64,000 nt of DNA from Caecitellus pseudoparvulus (lineage: Eukaryota; Protista; Bigyra: Bicosoecida), in NCBI GenBank assembly GCA_965644315.1, contig CBFFRQ010000094.1, positions 186,001 to 250,000 on the forward strand, given 5' to 3'. Each line of letters starts with the position of its first letter. Position 1 is the first letter of the stretch. Below are positions 11,801 through 23,700 of this stretch, piece after piece. Made by a program: the position numbers and the translations under genes. The notes under the pieces were generated by a model. It was not told the origin of the DNA, searched no databases, and saw only the letters and a list, made by a program, of their open reading frames with translations.

Positions 11801-12197
11801 AGTGGGAAATGAGGACAGTGCCTTGGAAGGTCAGATGCCAAGACGCGCGTCGGTGTCGTCGGCTCCGCGTGCGTTACGCAGGCACGTCTGGGCAGCGGGG
11901 CGTGGCCGGCGACGTTCAGGAAGTGCCCCAGACGCGCCTTCCACACGAACGCCGTCCTCAAAAGAGACGACAGACTCTGGCCCCGCAGACCTGCAGGGGG
12001 GCGAGCACGGGGCGCCAGCGCATGAGCCCGTGCCTGCTTCCCCCGCTCCAGCTCCAGTGGCATTCATGCCTTGTTCGCCAGCACCAGCGGCACCTCCCCA
12101 CACGCCCCAGCAGCCTGGAAGTGGTGTCTGTGCACGGTACGTAAACACGTTCCAGACACCTCCAACCAAGGGCCAGCGCGAGGCAAGGGGCACCTGA
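8850..12197 (+). CDS. Ankyrin repeat - coiled coil - WW - ankyrin repeat protein
   Basis: Canonical ANK repeats (GETALHVA, GDSPALLA, GLTPLMAC, GCSALHFAC, FTPLELA; later GNTPLHVAA, GDTPLSIAA). WW domain LPAPWEAGYDDDGSFYFYNNDTGESFWEMP. The ORF's upstream extension overlaps the previous gene, so ATG 8850 is preferred. Confidence 0.85.
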   Translation: MEPLSLPRPRNLMQSMQYAASSGDGLVVTCSSPVAASFETGGSSSSGAGTTTPVPGAGTVSMFTPIATESVASVGSALEVLTAAMHALTGRAEADAGPLPGDGALHALVSYGYSSDEQVAAVIQSAGGVHDTNASGETALHVAVRGCYFHGVYVLLAAGADPNAQTVDGDSPALLATVSSEYAVELLDVLLEAGADVNCANSDGLTPLMACAAGSAPCALAAMIIQTGADLDLQDAHGCSALHFACHWNDAELVRLLLEAGADVALRTRGPSAFTPLELAQELRHEACVALLQSAEKERAWRKVDPHQGTLHGVAASPQLSVLAAQLKEAEAAAKNAEGRARAADRQVEDLRIQCASLEQTANQVRHELAHKVSELSAQLASASALTDTWQAAAQAAQQETLTLKQDGQQRAALVEKIQGDLRDAVRREQELQARVQALETLLATTTEERDQAQRLLSEERIHAGTASSTEGASSLESMPASDVALQSPGQVGLVEEGTLSVASSGSSGGPGAEFLDARELETDDELEEWPESAPAAEDLVPTSELDAQAKLAESELPAPWEAGYDDDGSFYFYNNDTGESFWEMPTALEEALGVASAVADSSLSKPPAGTAEGEKQDRIMAVWSTFFERLAASQMRAARELSDEAALSCLVEAVQKGDTEGALDTLRRGSVPAPHLCICSGFEAQMSILHMAAWNNDVHMLHILLDLPGEGADVDACDGLGNTPLHVAAMSVSEPVPNGGAPAGVPHALAAILQAGASVHVCNLAGDTPLSIAALGHSSDGVEWLLRYGASVHCAVAPDIQSHLPDSDSAGQKEYLPLAMSKAAAVDPLHLLQALEQELSAAMLQHSAVVVADEESEVHKLQKIVQALSKQASQEKGVGKVAPPSCALLKGVPRTTAGCEPLARPLSPAFGPQQASEQSGGTIWGLVSGIFKTRENVETDECPLESDDEQAHLPPPVLVAEGVGTSASMATAASRKRRLVRREVGNEDSALEGQMPRRASVSSAPRALRRHVWAAGRGRRRSGSAPDAPSTRTPSSKETTDSGPADLQGGEHGAPAHEPVPASPAPAPVAFMPCSPAPAAPPHTPQQPGSGVCARYVNTFQTPPTKGQREARGT

Positions 12198-12200
12198 CGC

Positions 12201-12998
12201 TCACGCTTGCTGCTTGCTCCGACGGAAACCCCCCATACCCCACACAACGAGGCCTCCAACCACAGCGCCTGCCAGAAATCCGGCAGCGCCCACAGACGCT
12301 GAAGTCCAGTGTGCATGCTGTGCAGCTTGGCGGGCCAGGAGCCACTCTAAGGCGTACCCCAGCCCCGTTGGAATGGGCACTTCGTCTTGGCTCAACAGCG
12401 CAGGCACGTCGGCCACTGGGAGGTGCACAACGTCCAGAAACTCGCCTTCATGCCGCAAGCCACCCCCCGCGCCCTCCACGATGTCGTCATCTGTCGCTTG
12501 TGTGTAGAAAAGGGTCAAGCACCCGGCCTTCAGACCAACGCTTCCGAACACTGTGTTCAGCTTGGTCAGCCGGTCGGGATCCAGAGCATACCCTGCCTCC
12601 TCCAAGCACTCCTCAGAGGCAATCTGCTGGAGGGATTTGCCCTTTTTATCGACAAGGCCGGCAGGCAGCTCCAGTGTGTAGCCTGTGTCCGGCCGTGAGG
12701 GAGCCACCTCGCATCCAGACGTGCTGTGGTAGAACACAGCCGGGCGGAACTGCCGCACCAACACCACCGTGTCACTGGTCGTGTTGTGAATCAGGACAGC
12801 AACTGCATCGTGGCCATTCAAGAGGTCCCACGCGCGCTTGTGCCCATTGTGGGTGAAGCGCATGCGATACGGCCGAATGTACTGGGAGCCCTGCTCCAGC
12901 TTGTCCACACGCAGCTCAGAGATGTCATCTTCCACTGGCGGCAGATTCAGGGACGCCGCTGTTGCTGGGGACCTCAGAGTGGAGGCTGAAGATCCCAT
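12201..12998 (-). CDS. NUDT14: Nudix hydrolase, NUDT14/UDP-sugar (or ADP-ribose) pyrophosphatase-like, with C-terminal TM anchor
   Basis: YIRPYRMRFTHNG..WDLL..HDAVAVL, LVRQFRPAV, ELPAGLVDK..SLQQIASEECLEEAGY (Nudix box), GGGLRHEGEFLDV; hydrophobic tail. Confidence 0.8.
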   Translation of the reverse strand: MGSSASTLRSPATAASLNLPPVEDDISELRVDKLEQGSQYIRPYRMRFTHNGHKRAWDLLNGHDAVAVLIHNTTSDTVVLVRQFRPAVFYHSTSGCEVAPSRPDTGYTLELPAGLVDKKGKSLQQIASEECLEEAGYALDPDRLTKLNTVFGSVGLKAGCLTLFYTQATDDDIVEGAGGGLRHEGEFLDVVHLPVADVPALLSQDEVPIPTGLGYALEWLLARQAAQHAHWTSASVGAAGFLAGAVVGGLVVWGMGGFRRSKQQA

Positions 12999-13290
12999 GG
13001 CCTTGTATGCTGACTCGAGAAATGAGAGCTACGGGCACTGGATGTGTGCAACAACTGCAACCCGAGACGCGAAACGCCGGCAAAACGCAAGGGTTTCGCA
13101 GACTGTTCCCTCTCGCGGAAGGCGCTGAAGGTCACGAATGAGCGGTGATTCTCAAGCCACAAAATCTGTATTCGTGAGTGGTTTTAGTATGGTTTGGCCG
13201 GCTGCAACAGCTGTCCACTGCACGCGTCCGCCAAGAGAAACTGCCGTGCTGGCGCGTCAAACCAGAGACTGGCGCAGGGAATGAATGCAT

Positions 13291-16200
13291 TTATGAGTCA
13301 AGATCAGCATCGCTCCAACTTTCAGTCGAGTCGTATCCATCTGCTGCCCCGGCGCCTGAACTGAGGGCCGTCAGGTGGCCTGTGGATCCAGAGTCGTGCG
13401 CAGCTTTGGCACAGCAGCCACGCTGAACGTCATCCTCGAAGCTCAGGCTGACATCCTCGGTCCTGCTGGACGCCGCATGGCTGGCCACAGTCTGGATGCG
13501 GGTAATTGTCTCATGCACAGCGGGGGGGTACGAGGCGTACGAGGCCGCGCCGTCTATGGCAGCGGAAGGCGTGACAGAGAGCTCTTTCGGCGGAATGAGC
13601 AGGAGCAAGCTCAGAGATGCTAGGCTGTCGGCACCAGTTTGCAGCATGTAGGGCCACACCAGTGCAAAGACAGAGATGAGCAGTAGTGGAATGAGCACCA
13701 TCATGTCCAGGAAGGACCACAGGTACGCGTCTTCCACCGCCTGAAACTGCCCGTCGTACAAGCGCACGAGGTCGTTCATGGCGTGCCGCATGTGGCTTTC
13801 GTCGAGGCTATGGAAAGCTCGCACTCGATGCAGGGCATCAGCACTTGTCGCACGGAGTGTCTGCCAGGTGGACGTGTCGTCTGAGAGGGGGATGGACGAC
13901 ACGACCTGCCGCCCGAACAGAATGAACACCTGCACTGCGCCCACAAGCCCTGTGCGATGCAGCAGCCCAGACAAGGCCACTGAGCAATTCTTCTCGTGCG
14001 CTTGCCCAGTCGCTGGGAACAAGTCTGGGGTGGTCAGCGCCGCATCAAAGCCAATGCCTGTGAGCGTTGACTTTCCGCCAAGAAGGTCAGGCAACTCGCA
14101 GACAGTGCCGAGCAGGAACTCTTGCAGGGGTGACTCGAGGACCAGCCCTTGCACTTGGCCAGCAACGGCTAAGTCGGCGGGAGCCTGCACACTGATGTTG
14201 GGGTATACAAGGCCTCCAGCGTACATGATGCGGTCCATGCCCGCGCGCAGCACCCGTTCAGCAGACTCCACCCGTGCCGCTGCCTCCGCCCGGCTCAACA
14301 CAAAGGCGCTGATGTTCAGGCCGCCCTGCTCTGCGGTGCGCTGGGCCAGGGGGGACGCAGCAGCGGCACGCGCGTCACCTACGTGCAGGAAGTCCATGAC
14401 AGCGGCGGAGTACTGCGCCTGGGCAGATGCAACGTGGTTGGCTGCGAGCATGTCTGCGGTGTACTGGCTACTGGCATGGAAAACTGCCTGATGTAGGTAC
14501 ACTGTCAGAACGTAAAGCAACACAAGGGTAAAGGATGGAGCCATTGATACTAACATGGAGTATGTCGTGAACGAGGAGGAGTCCTTGGTGCTGCGTGTTG
14601 CTGGAGAGCTGGCTGCTGCAGCGCTTGGCGACATGGACAATGCTGGAAACTCGGACATGTCTGACGTATCTACAGACTGCACACTGTGTCCTCTGGCGCG
14701 AAGTCCCGGCCTTGCAGACTCCAGGGCAGTGGGTGCGTCGACGTCCGCTTCGTCCGCTGCGTAAAGCAGCGCGAGAAGCTGCAGTTGCCCGGCCGTTGAA
14801 GAGTCGTGCTCGTTGTTGCTGTGCATCTCTGCCCGCTTCTTCATACTGCGCATGATGCGAGACCGCTGACGCCGGATGAAAGTGAGGGACAGTGAGGACA
14901 CGGCCGCCAGTGCCCGGTGCTTCAGCCGCTGCAGTGCCGACACCATTCGATAAATGTCAGGCATGTACACCGCAAGGCGCAAGATCACGGCAAATGCTGC
15001 AACAATGAGGTCTGCTACCACACCAACCCACAGTAAATCGACAGAGTCTTGCAGCAGCACGCGGATCGTCGTGTTGCCTGTGGCGAGAATGCCTTCGTCC
15101 CACTCAATATTGTGCTGCAGCATGGCAGCTTGGCCAAGGGGAAGGGTATCCACGTCAAAGGGCGCGGAGTCGTTCACGTGCCCGAGTTCTTGCAAGGAGG
15201 CGCGAACATACTCTTGAGACTGCACTGGGGAGACTGCACTCGGAGTCGGGCTCGACACCGAGTACAAGGAAGCTGCCATCGGGTTGACAAGATGTCCGCC
15301 AAAGTTGTACCCACCCACTGGAATCCAGAAACGGGTGCGGTGCTGCAGCGCATCGTCTTGTGCCTGGACATACGACGAAAACTTGGCACTCAGTGACGCA
15401 AAGTCAGAGGAGTACCACTCAGTCGGAAGGGACGCATACCCGCCTGCCGTGGCTCGGCCAAGGTTATGGATCATGAAACTGATGCCCTGCATGACCCGCT
15501 GCTGCCGCGCGGCCAAGACAGCTGCCAAATCTGCGTAAAGCTGGCCTTGAGGGCTCAGGTAGAGAACAACTGGGTGTGCCAGTACAATGAAGGCAAGTGT
15601 GGTGACGACTGTCCGCATCATGTTCGAGCGCAGACCTTGCACGGGTGCAAGCTGCCGCACAGACAAACTCGCCAACATCGTTCGAAGACTTCGGGCACCA
15701 CCGTGCCGCCGGGACACAGGCGACTCCACATGCTCCAGCGTCTCTCCTTGAGTGGGTGCCTGGATAGTCAGCAAAGGCGGCTTCTGAAGCACCTCGTCCA
15801 TGTCCGAGTGGGCCCGCGAGCCTGCACCCGACACGGCGGATCGGGCGGAGGATTGCACCGCAATTTGCCGCTGCTGCTCCAGGCTCGCCAACGCACGCGC
15901 ATTGGACCCGGCACGACTGCGCGTCAGCACCGCCCGGGAGTCCAGCCGCCGCACCATGGGCGAGCTGGGCACACTGCTGCGGCCACTGCCCAAGCCACTG
16001 GACGCAGCACGTGCGATGAGCGGCGGCACACTGCCAGAGAGTGCAGCGGGGGTGGGCCTCGCCTCCCCCTCCCCTGCATCACTGCTGGCGACGCTGTCAG
16101 AGCCTGGGACGGGCCCACTGTCGCGCAGGCGTGCGAGGGACGCCGCACTGACCCGCCCCATGAGGAAGCTCTGCCGCTTGGCTCGGCGGGCCTTGGCTGC

Positions 16201-19200
16201 TGTGGCCACCTCGCCACCTGGCGGCAGCAGGCCGCTGCCCCGCAGGACAGTGGAGTTGGAGCGCTTGGGACTGCCACTGTCTGGGCTGCCGCCGCTGAGG
16301 TGCTTGGAGGTGCCCCCTGCCGCGAGGGTGGCCCGTCGCTGGCGCTTGACACTGAAGGACGTGCCCGACCCCTGCCGCTCAAGAGGCGGGACGAGGCCGC
16401 TGCCAGTGCGCTGCACAGAGCCAGTGCCGCCTGACGCCGCCGTCAGGGTCGGAGACACTGCCACACGCCTACCCTCTGTGACGGTGGACAGCACGAGCAA
16501 CCAGTACTTGGCAGCGGCACGCCCACGGCCGGCGCCGGCGCCACCCCCCTCCCCATCCTCCTCGTCGTCCTCCTCCACTTCCACTGCAGTGCCGTCCACA
16601 CTGCCGCCCTTGCCAGCCTGCGTGTTGTGGTCCACCAGTGCGTACGCGATGATGGACAGGCGGTCGCCATGCTCCAGGGTGGGGTGCCCGCCAAGCCCCG
16701 GCTGCAGTGGCCGGGTCAGTGGCACGCTGTCACACAGCGACACGTCAGTGGCCGGCAAAGCCACCAGTGGGTTCACAGCGTGCACTGCCCGCAGCGTGGA
16801 CATGGGTACATCGCTTGGCACTGCGTCGCCCTTGCCTGGCATGCCGCCCAGCAACACCCCTGCCCCCAGCGCATCCACGGCAGGGCCCCGCCCCACCACC
16901 TGGCTGAAGGCGGCGTTGCTGTACACAGCGCCATCTGCACCACCCACCTGCACATCCCCGCCTGGCACGGCCAGGGTGGGCAGCCAGTCTGTCAGCGTCG
17001 GCAGCACACTGGACTCGGCGACGAAGGAGCCCCCCGCCGCCTCGGTGCCCAGCACCTCGTGCAGCCCCGCACTGGCGTGCACCAGGCTCAACGTGCCCAC
17101 ACGCAGCCCATGCACGGTGCTGTCGGACGAGGCGCTGGCCAGGCGACGCGTGCGGCCAGCCTCGCGCTCTGCCACTTCCACTTGCCCCTTCACCACGGCA
17201 CAGCCAATGGAGCCGCCCAGTGCCAGGGGCTGCAGCACCACCACGAAGCGAGGCTGCAGAACACTCCCTGACGCGCCATCTGGCGGCGGCGTCTCGAAGC
17301 ATGACCCACGCACAGGCACCAAGTGCCCCGCGGCATTCAACAGCGCACCCATGAACCACCGCCCCAGCCACGCGTCACAATCATGCACCCACTCTTCCAG
17401 CATGGACTGCGGCAGTGTGCTGTACGGCGCAGGCAGGAAGGACGTGATGTGGCTGCCCTCCAGGTCCGCCTTGCTCTTGCCCAGCAACTGACAAGCCGCG
17501 TAGTCAGCCCGCAGAATGGTGCCCACATCCCCTGCCACGCCACTCACCACCAGCAACGCCCGGTCTGTCCCAGCCATGCGCATGGACAGAGCGCCTGCCA
17601 ACACCTCCTGACTCACCTGGTCGTCGGTGTGGGCCAGGGACGCGATGGCCCCAAACACATCGTTGTCCTCACTGGACCCCGGCACTGCGCTCAGCAGACG
17701 AGACATCTGGCTGACGCTGATGTGCTGGCCCGACCTGCGCGCCAGCACACCGCTCAACGGCGCCCCCACCATCATGCCCGCAATGCTGTGCCCCCCCTCA
17801 GCTGCCGTGTACGACGGCAGGAACTCCTCAGCACTCAAGTGCACAGGCACCAAGTCATGCTCCCCCGCAGGCGCCTTGCCGCCGCTCACACTCACCAGTG
17901 CACCCCGCACCGCCTCTGCCTCCTCAGCCCGCCCCTCCAGCACAGCCGCCGCTCGGCTGTCATGCAGCACTGAGCTCAGGAACCCTGCATACGCCCGCAT
18001 CGTCTCCGTGTCGTACGGCCGCAGCTCCAGCATGGCCTGGTAGTGTGCCTCCACCGTCGCCCGTGTGCGCTCCAGGGCAATGGCCAGCCCGTGCAGGGAC
18101 CCCAGGTCAGGCGTCGTCTTGGACAGCTGGTCCCACACGTCATACGCCGTGCGAATGGCCATCAGCTCCGCCACACGCACAGCCTGCTTGTGCCGGTCAA
18201 ACTCCAGCGCAGACACACCCAGCACACGAGCCAGCGCAGCCGACACCGTCGCTCGTGACTCGTCCCCGCTGTCAGCACTGCTCAGGCGGTGCAGCAGCTC
18301 CCCTTGCCGGGCCGACACCAGCAGGCGCGTGGTGGAGTCAGGCGCCATGTCAGCCACACGCCCATAGTACCGCAAGCCCATGCAGATGCTGTCTCGTGCC
18401 AGGGGACTGCTGTAGTACAGCGCACAGTGCAGCAGCGCAGTGGGAGACCGGGGGTGCAGGCGCTCCAACCGGTTGAACGCCTGCCCAGCCCGGGACAGCG
18501 CGGCAGCTGCCGCATACATCAAGCGCTCCGTCGCAGTGGCGCTGTCAGCGCCGGCCTGGGGCAGCAGCGGCATGCTCTCGCCATCGCTGCCACCATACAC
18601 CGGCCCGTCCTCCGCTGACACCTCACGCCCCGACCCCTCCCCGCCATCCGAGTCCTCACCCCCACGCCCGCCCTCCGCGGACGCCACACTGCCGATGCTG
18701 CCGCGCACATGCTGGTAAGCGGCAGCCACGCTGGACCGCGCAGCAGATGCGCCCCCTCGCAGGCCAGCTGCCTTGAAAGCGCCCCCCTCGGCATCGTCAC
18801 CCCCTGGCACGACGGGGGACACTGCACCCCCCACTGACGCACGCCGACGCCGGCGAGATGCCGCCGCGCCCATCGTCATGCCCACCTGCGCACCTTGCAC
18901 CCCCACACTCATGCTGGACAGCGACCCACGCCCACCACCACTGCCTCGGCGCTCAGACCCTGTGCTGCTGGAGGCACTGGCCCGGTGGGGACGCCCTCGT
19001 GACCGCCCCGACACACCGCCACCGCCGTCCCCGGCACGTGGCACAGCGCGCATGCCCTCTCCCCCACGAGTGATCTCCATGATCTCATGCTCACGCAGCT
19101 GACTGGACGTCGCCAGGCGAGTGTGCTGCACCTGCTGCACCAGGTCCAACGCCGTCTGCAGCTGGTGGTACCCCCACGCAGCCACACTGTCCTCAGACGA

Positions 19201-20461
19201 CAGGGCACTCAGCCGCTGCCCCAGCACAGCTGCCCGCCGAGCTGCACCCATGAGCCCACCACCCGCCACTGCGAAGGGCAACCCCACAAACCCCAACATG
19301 GGCGCATTACTGTACGCGTGGGGACCCTGGTCCACCCACCGACCCAGCAGTGCCACCACACACAGCCACGTCGACCCCGCCAACACTGCACACACCGTCG
19401 CGTTGGTGGCCAGCCGCACGCGCTCCAGACGCAGCAAGAACACCACCAACCACGCACAGCTCGTCCCTGCCAGCACAGCGTACGGCAGCCACCCCAACTC
19501 CGTGTCCAGCTCCACCAGCACATTCACCACCAGCACCAGCACCACCTCCTGGGACCACCAGAAGTACACGCTGGACCACGCGTGGGCCTTCGTGGAGCTG
19601 GTGGGTCGCTCAGCACTGCCCTCCAGGGAATGCACCGCCGACCCCAGGGAGCACATCCACAGGTACACGAACAGGGGGGGCAGGCTGGCCACCACACCGG
19701 CCAGGTGCGCGCCAGTGTAGCAGGCGGAGCCGGCAGCCTCGGCGATGCGGGTGCGCCCGTCAGGGAAGCACGCGAACTGGCGGAAGACGAGGGCAGCGCT
19801 TGGGAGCGAGAACCAGATATGGTTCACAGCCAGTATGCGCTGGAGGTTGCTCTCCAGCAGCAGGTACGCACGGCCGATGAGTCCCTTGATATCGCAAGTG
19901 TTTCGCCCGGCCTCCTTGAGCACAACCACAGAAGATGATCTGCAAAAAAGCCGGTGATTGCACTGGTGTGCTCAATGTGCTGCACGGCCCCGCTCAAGGC
20001 AGCGCCCGGCGGCCGCAGCGACTGCCTCACCTCTCGCCTTCCACGCGCTGGCCCAGGAAGAATGCCAACAGCACTGCAGCGATTCCCCACTGCCAAAGCA
20101 TCATGGCAAGGAAGAAATACCAAGACACGCCGGGGTGCACGTCATCTAGGTGCGACAGTGTTGAAACTCGGGCAAGAATCCCCATGCCTCGCAGGAAGGC
20201 GTTTTCGTCGACAGACTGAGTGTCCGATTGCTCTAGCAGCAGCCACACAAGCATGAAGTACTGGAACACCCTCAAAGCGTACAGAACAAAGGGTAGGGCC
20301 CATGGTGCATCGTAGCCTCTCCTGATCCCAAATGCGAGGGCGCTAGACACATCCTGCGAGGTGCTGGTGATGCTCTCCTCTTTGCTGGCGTTGCTGCTGA
20401 AACCCTGCATGCTGTTCTCGGCACCAGGGCTTCGTTTCGGGCCTTGAGAGGGAGGTTCCAT
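13291..20461 (-). CDS. TmcB/TmcC-like giant multi-TM, TPR-like and PAS domain protein, paralog A (~2360 aa); exons 20461-20031 and 19939-13291
   Basis: N-terminal multi-TM region; TPR-like YQAMLELRPYDTETMRAYAGFLSSVLHD; PAS GTILRADYAACQLLGKSKADLEGSHITSFLPAPY; two C-terminal TM-loop-TM modules. A 91-nt phase-2 intron joins ORF 20027..20461 to ORF 13291..19929 in frame. Confidence 0.75.
15858..19832 (-). repeat. Left arm of ~4 kb intragenic inverted repeat
   Basis: Reverse complement of 21278-25261. Mirror ORFs pair with coordinate sum 41110, which becomes 41119 after a 9-bp insertion (LLT) in the right arm. Confidence 0.95.
19940..20030 (-). other. Spliceosomal intron, 91 nt, phase 2 (paralog A)
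   Basis: AG|GTGAGG donor and TTTTTTGCAG acceptor; restores the reading frame. Confidence 0.85.
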
Positions 20462-20729
20462 CCTCTGGCGAACTTCCTCTGCCTACTTTCTTTTGGTTAT
20501 GGAAAGTCCTATGGCCTGCGGGCGGTTCTTGGGCTGCACCATCATGAGCACCCCTCGCTCAAGCCCCCAATGCTGAGCACCGATCCAGTCAAAATGCCGA
20601 ACACAGCTGCTCAGGAACCCCTCTGGTTTATGCTCACTTGTGTACCTTGAGTCAGTTGGCCTTCCTCCTACGCAAAGAGCGCCCCTGCTGTGCTGAGGTA
20701 GTGTCGCTGCGACTCCGCGTCTCCACACC
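20462..20729. promoter_or_regulatory. Putative bidirectional promoter between divergent paralogs A and B
   Basis: 268-bp gap between the two divergent ATGs; inferred from position only. Confidence 0.55.
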
Positions 20730-23700
20730 ATGGCCAAGCTTGCAGGGGTGTCCGGCGCGCTGGCAGCGGGGATCGGTCGCACAGCGTCAAAGGCATCCAC
20801 AGTGCTGCGCATAGGGGCCGTGCTGCGGGTTCTACAAACGTTCATGCTGCTATGGCTCATGCTGTCCAGCTCAGACCCCCTTGCGGCAAGCAGCAACGCA
20901 TTTGTCCGAGGCCTGCTTGGCTTTGGGCGGATTGCTTCGCTTTCCCAGCTTGACATGGTGTCCCCCCCCGCTCAGCAGTATGGTTTCATGCTTGCGGTGT
21001 GCTTTCACTGGGTGTGTGCCGGCGCTCTGCTGCTGCTCAGAGTCCTGCACGAGATGCGTGAAGCAGACAAGTGAGTGCGAAACGCCGCAGCAACGCACTT
21101 GGCGCCCAGCCCACCCTGCAACTCACGGAACCTATCACCCTCGATGGTCCAGGAAGAAACTCTTTAACAAAGTCAGCATGCATGTGGAGCGGAGCAAGCT
21201 GAACGCAAGGCGAAGCATGTGGACACGGTGGCTGGAGACTTCCCAGGACCTTCTTGCATCAGGCTGGGCAAAGCGGCTGGCCGTGAACCACGTCTGGTTC
21301 TCGCTCCCAAGCATTGCCCTGATCTTCCGCCAGTTCGCGTGCTTCCCTGACGGGCGCACCCGCATCGCCGAGGCTGCCGGCTCCGCCTGCTACACTGGCG
21401 TGCACCTGGCCGGTGTGGTGGCCAGCCTGCCCCCCCTGTTCGTGTACCTGTGGGTGTGCTCCCTGGGGTCGGCGGTGCATTCCCTGGAGGGCAGTGCTGA
21501 GCGACCCACCAGCTCCACGAAGGCCCACGCGTGGTCCAGCGTGTACTTCTGGTGGTCCCAGGAGGTGGTGCTGGTGCTGGTGGTGAATGTGCTGGTGGAG
21601 CTGGGCACGGAGTTGGGGTGGCTGCCGTACGCTGTGCTGGCAGGTACGAGCTGTGCGTGGTTGGTGGTGTTCTTGCTGCGTCTGGAGCGCGTGCGGCTGG
21701 CCACCAACGCGACGGTGTGTGCAGTGTTGGCGGGGTCGACGTGGCTGTGTGTGGTGGCACTGCTGGGTTGGTGGGTGGACCAGGGTCCCCACGCGTACAG
21801 TAATGCGCCCATGTTGGGGTTTGTGGGGTTGCCCTTCGCGGTGGCGGGTGGTGGGCTCATGGGTGCAGCTCGGCGGGCAGCTGTGCTGGGGCAGCGGCTG
21901 AGTGCCCTGTCGTCTGAGGACAGTGTGGCTGCGTGGGGGTACCACCAGCTGCAGACGGCGTTGGACCTGGTGCAGCAGGTGCAGCACACTCGCCTGGCGA
22001 CGTCCAGTCAGCTGCGTGAGCATGAGATCATGGAGATCACTCGTGGGGGAGAGGGCATGCGCGCTGTGCCACGTGCCGGGGACGGCGGTGGCGGTGTGTC
22101 GGGGCGGTCACGAGGGCGTCCCCACCGGGCCAGTGCCTCCAGCAGCACAGGGTCCGAGCGCCGAGGCAGTGGCGGCGGGCGTGGGTCGCTGTCCAGCATG
22201 AGTGTGGGGGTGCAGGGTGCGCAGGTGGGCATGACGATGGGCGCGGCGGCATCTCGCCGGCGTCGGCGTGCGTCAGTGGGGGGTGCAGTGTCCCCCGTCG
22301 TGCCAGGGGGTGACGATGCCGAGGGGGGCGCGTTCAAGGCAGTTGGCCTGCGAGGGGGCGCATCTGCTGCGCGATCCAGCGTGGCTGCCGCTTACCAGCA
22401 TGTGCGCGGCAGCATCGGCAGTGTGGCGTCCGCGGAGGGCGGGCGTGGGGGTGAGGACTCGGATGGCGGGGAGGGGTCGGGGCGTGAGGTGTCAGCGGAG
22501 GACGGGCCGGTGTATGGTGGCAGCGATGGCGAGAGCATGCCGCTGCTGCCCCAGGCCGGCGCTGACAGCGCCACTGCCACGGAGCGCTTGATGTATGCGG
22601 CAGCTGCCGCACTGTCCCGGGCTGGGCAGGCGTTCAACCGGTTGGAGCGCCTGCACCCCCGGTCCCCCACTGCGCTGCTGCACTGTGCGCTGTACTACAG
22701 CAGTCCCCTGGCACGAGACAGCATCTGTATGGGCTTGCGGTACTATGGGCGTGTGGCTGACATGGCGCCTGACTCCACCACGCGCCTGCTGGTGTCGGCC
22801 CGGCAAGGGGAGCTGCTGCACCGCCTGAGCAGTGCTGACAGCGGGGACGAGTCGCGAGCGACGGTGTCGGCTGCGCTGGCTCGTGTGCTGGGTGTGTCTG
22901 CGCTGGAGTTTGACCGGCACAAGCAGGCTGTGCGTGTGGCGGAGCTGATGGCCATTCGCACGGCGTATGACGTGTGGGACCAGCTGTCCAAGACGACGCC
23001 TGACCTGGGGTCCCTGCACGGGCTGGCCATTGCCCTGGAGCGCACACGGGCGACGGTGGAGGCACACTACCAGGCCATGCTGGAGCTGCGGCCGTACGAC
23101 ACGGAGACGATGCGGGCGTATGCAGGGTTCCTGAGCTCAGTGCTGCATGACAGCCGAGCGGCGGCTGTGCTGGAGGGGCGGGCTGAGGAGGCAGAGGCGG
23201 TGCGGGGTGCACTGGTGAGTGTGAGCGGCGGCAAGGCACCTGCGGGGGAGCATGACTTGGTGCCTGTGCACTTGAGTGCTGAGGAGTTCCTGCCGTCGTA
23301 CACGGCAGCTGAGGGGGGGCACAGCATTGCGGGCATGATGGTGGGGGCGCCGTTGAGCGGTGTGCTGGCACGCATGTCGGGCCAGCACATCAGCGTCAGC
23401 CAGATGTCTCGTCTGCTGAGCGCAGTGCCGGGGTCCAGTGAGGACAACGATGTGTTTGGGGCCATCGCGTCCCTGGCCCACACCGACGACCAGGTGAGCC
23501 AGGAGGTGTTGGCAGGCGCTCTGTCCATGCGCATGGCTGGGACAGACCGGGCGTTGCTGGTGGTGAGTGGCGTGGCGGGGGATGTGGGCACCATTCTGCG
23601 GGCTGACTACGCGGCTTGTCAGTTGCTGGGCAAGAGCAAGGCGGACCTGGAGGGCAGCCACATCACGTCCTTCCTGCCTGCGCCGTACAGTACACTGCCG

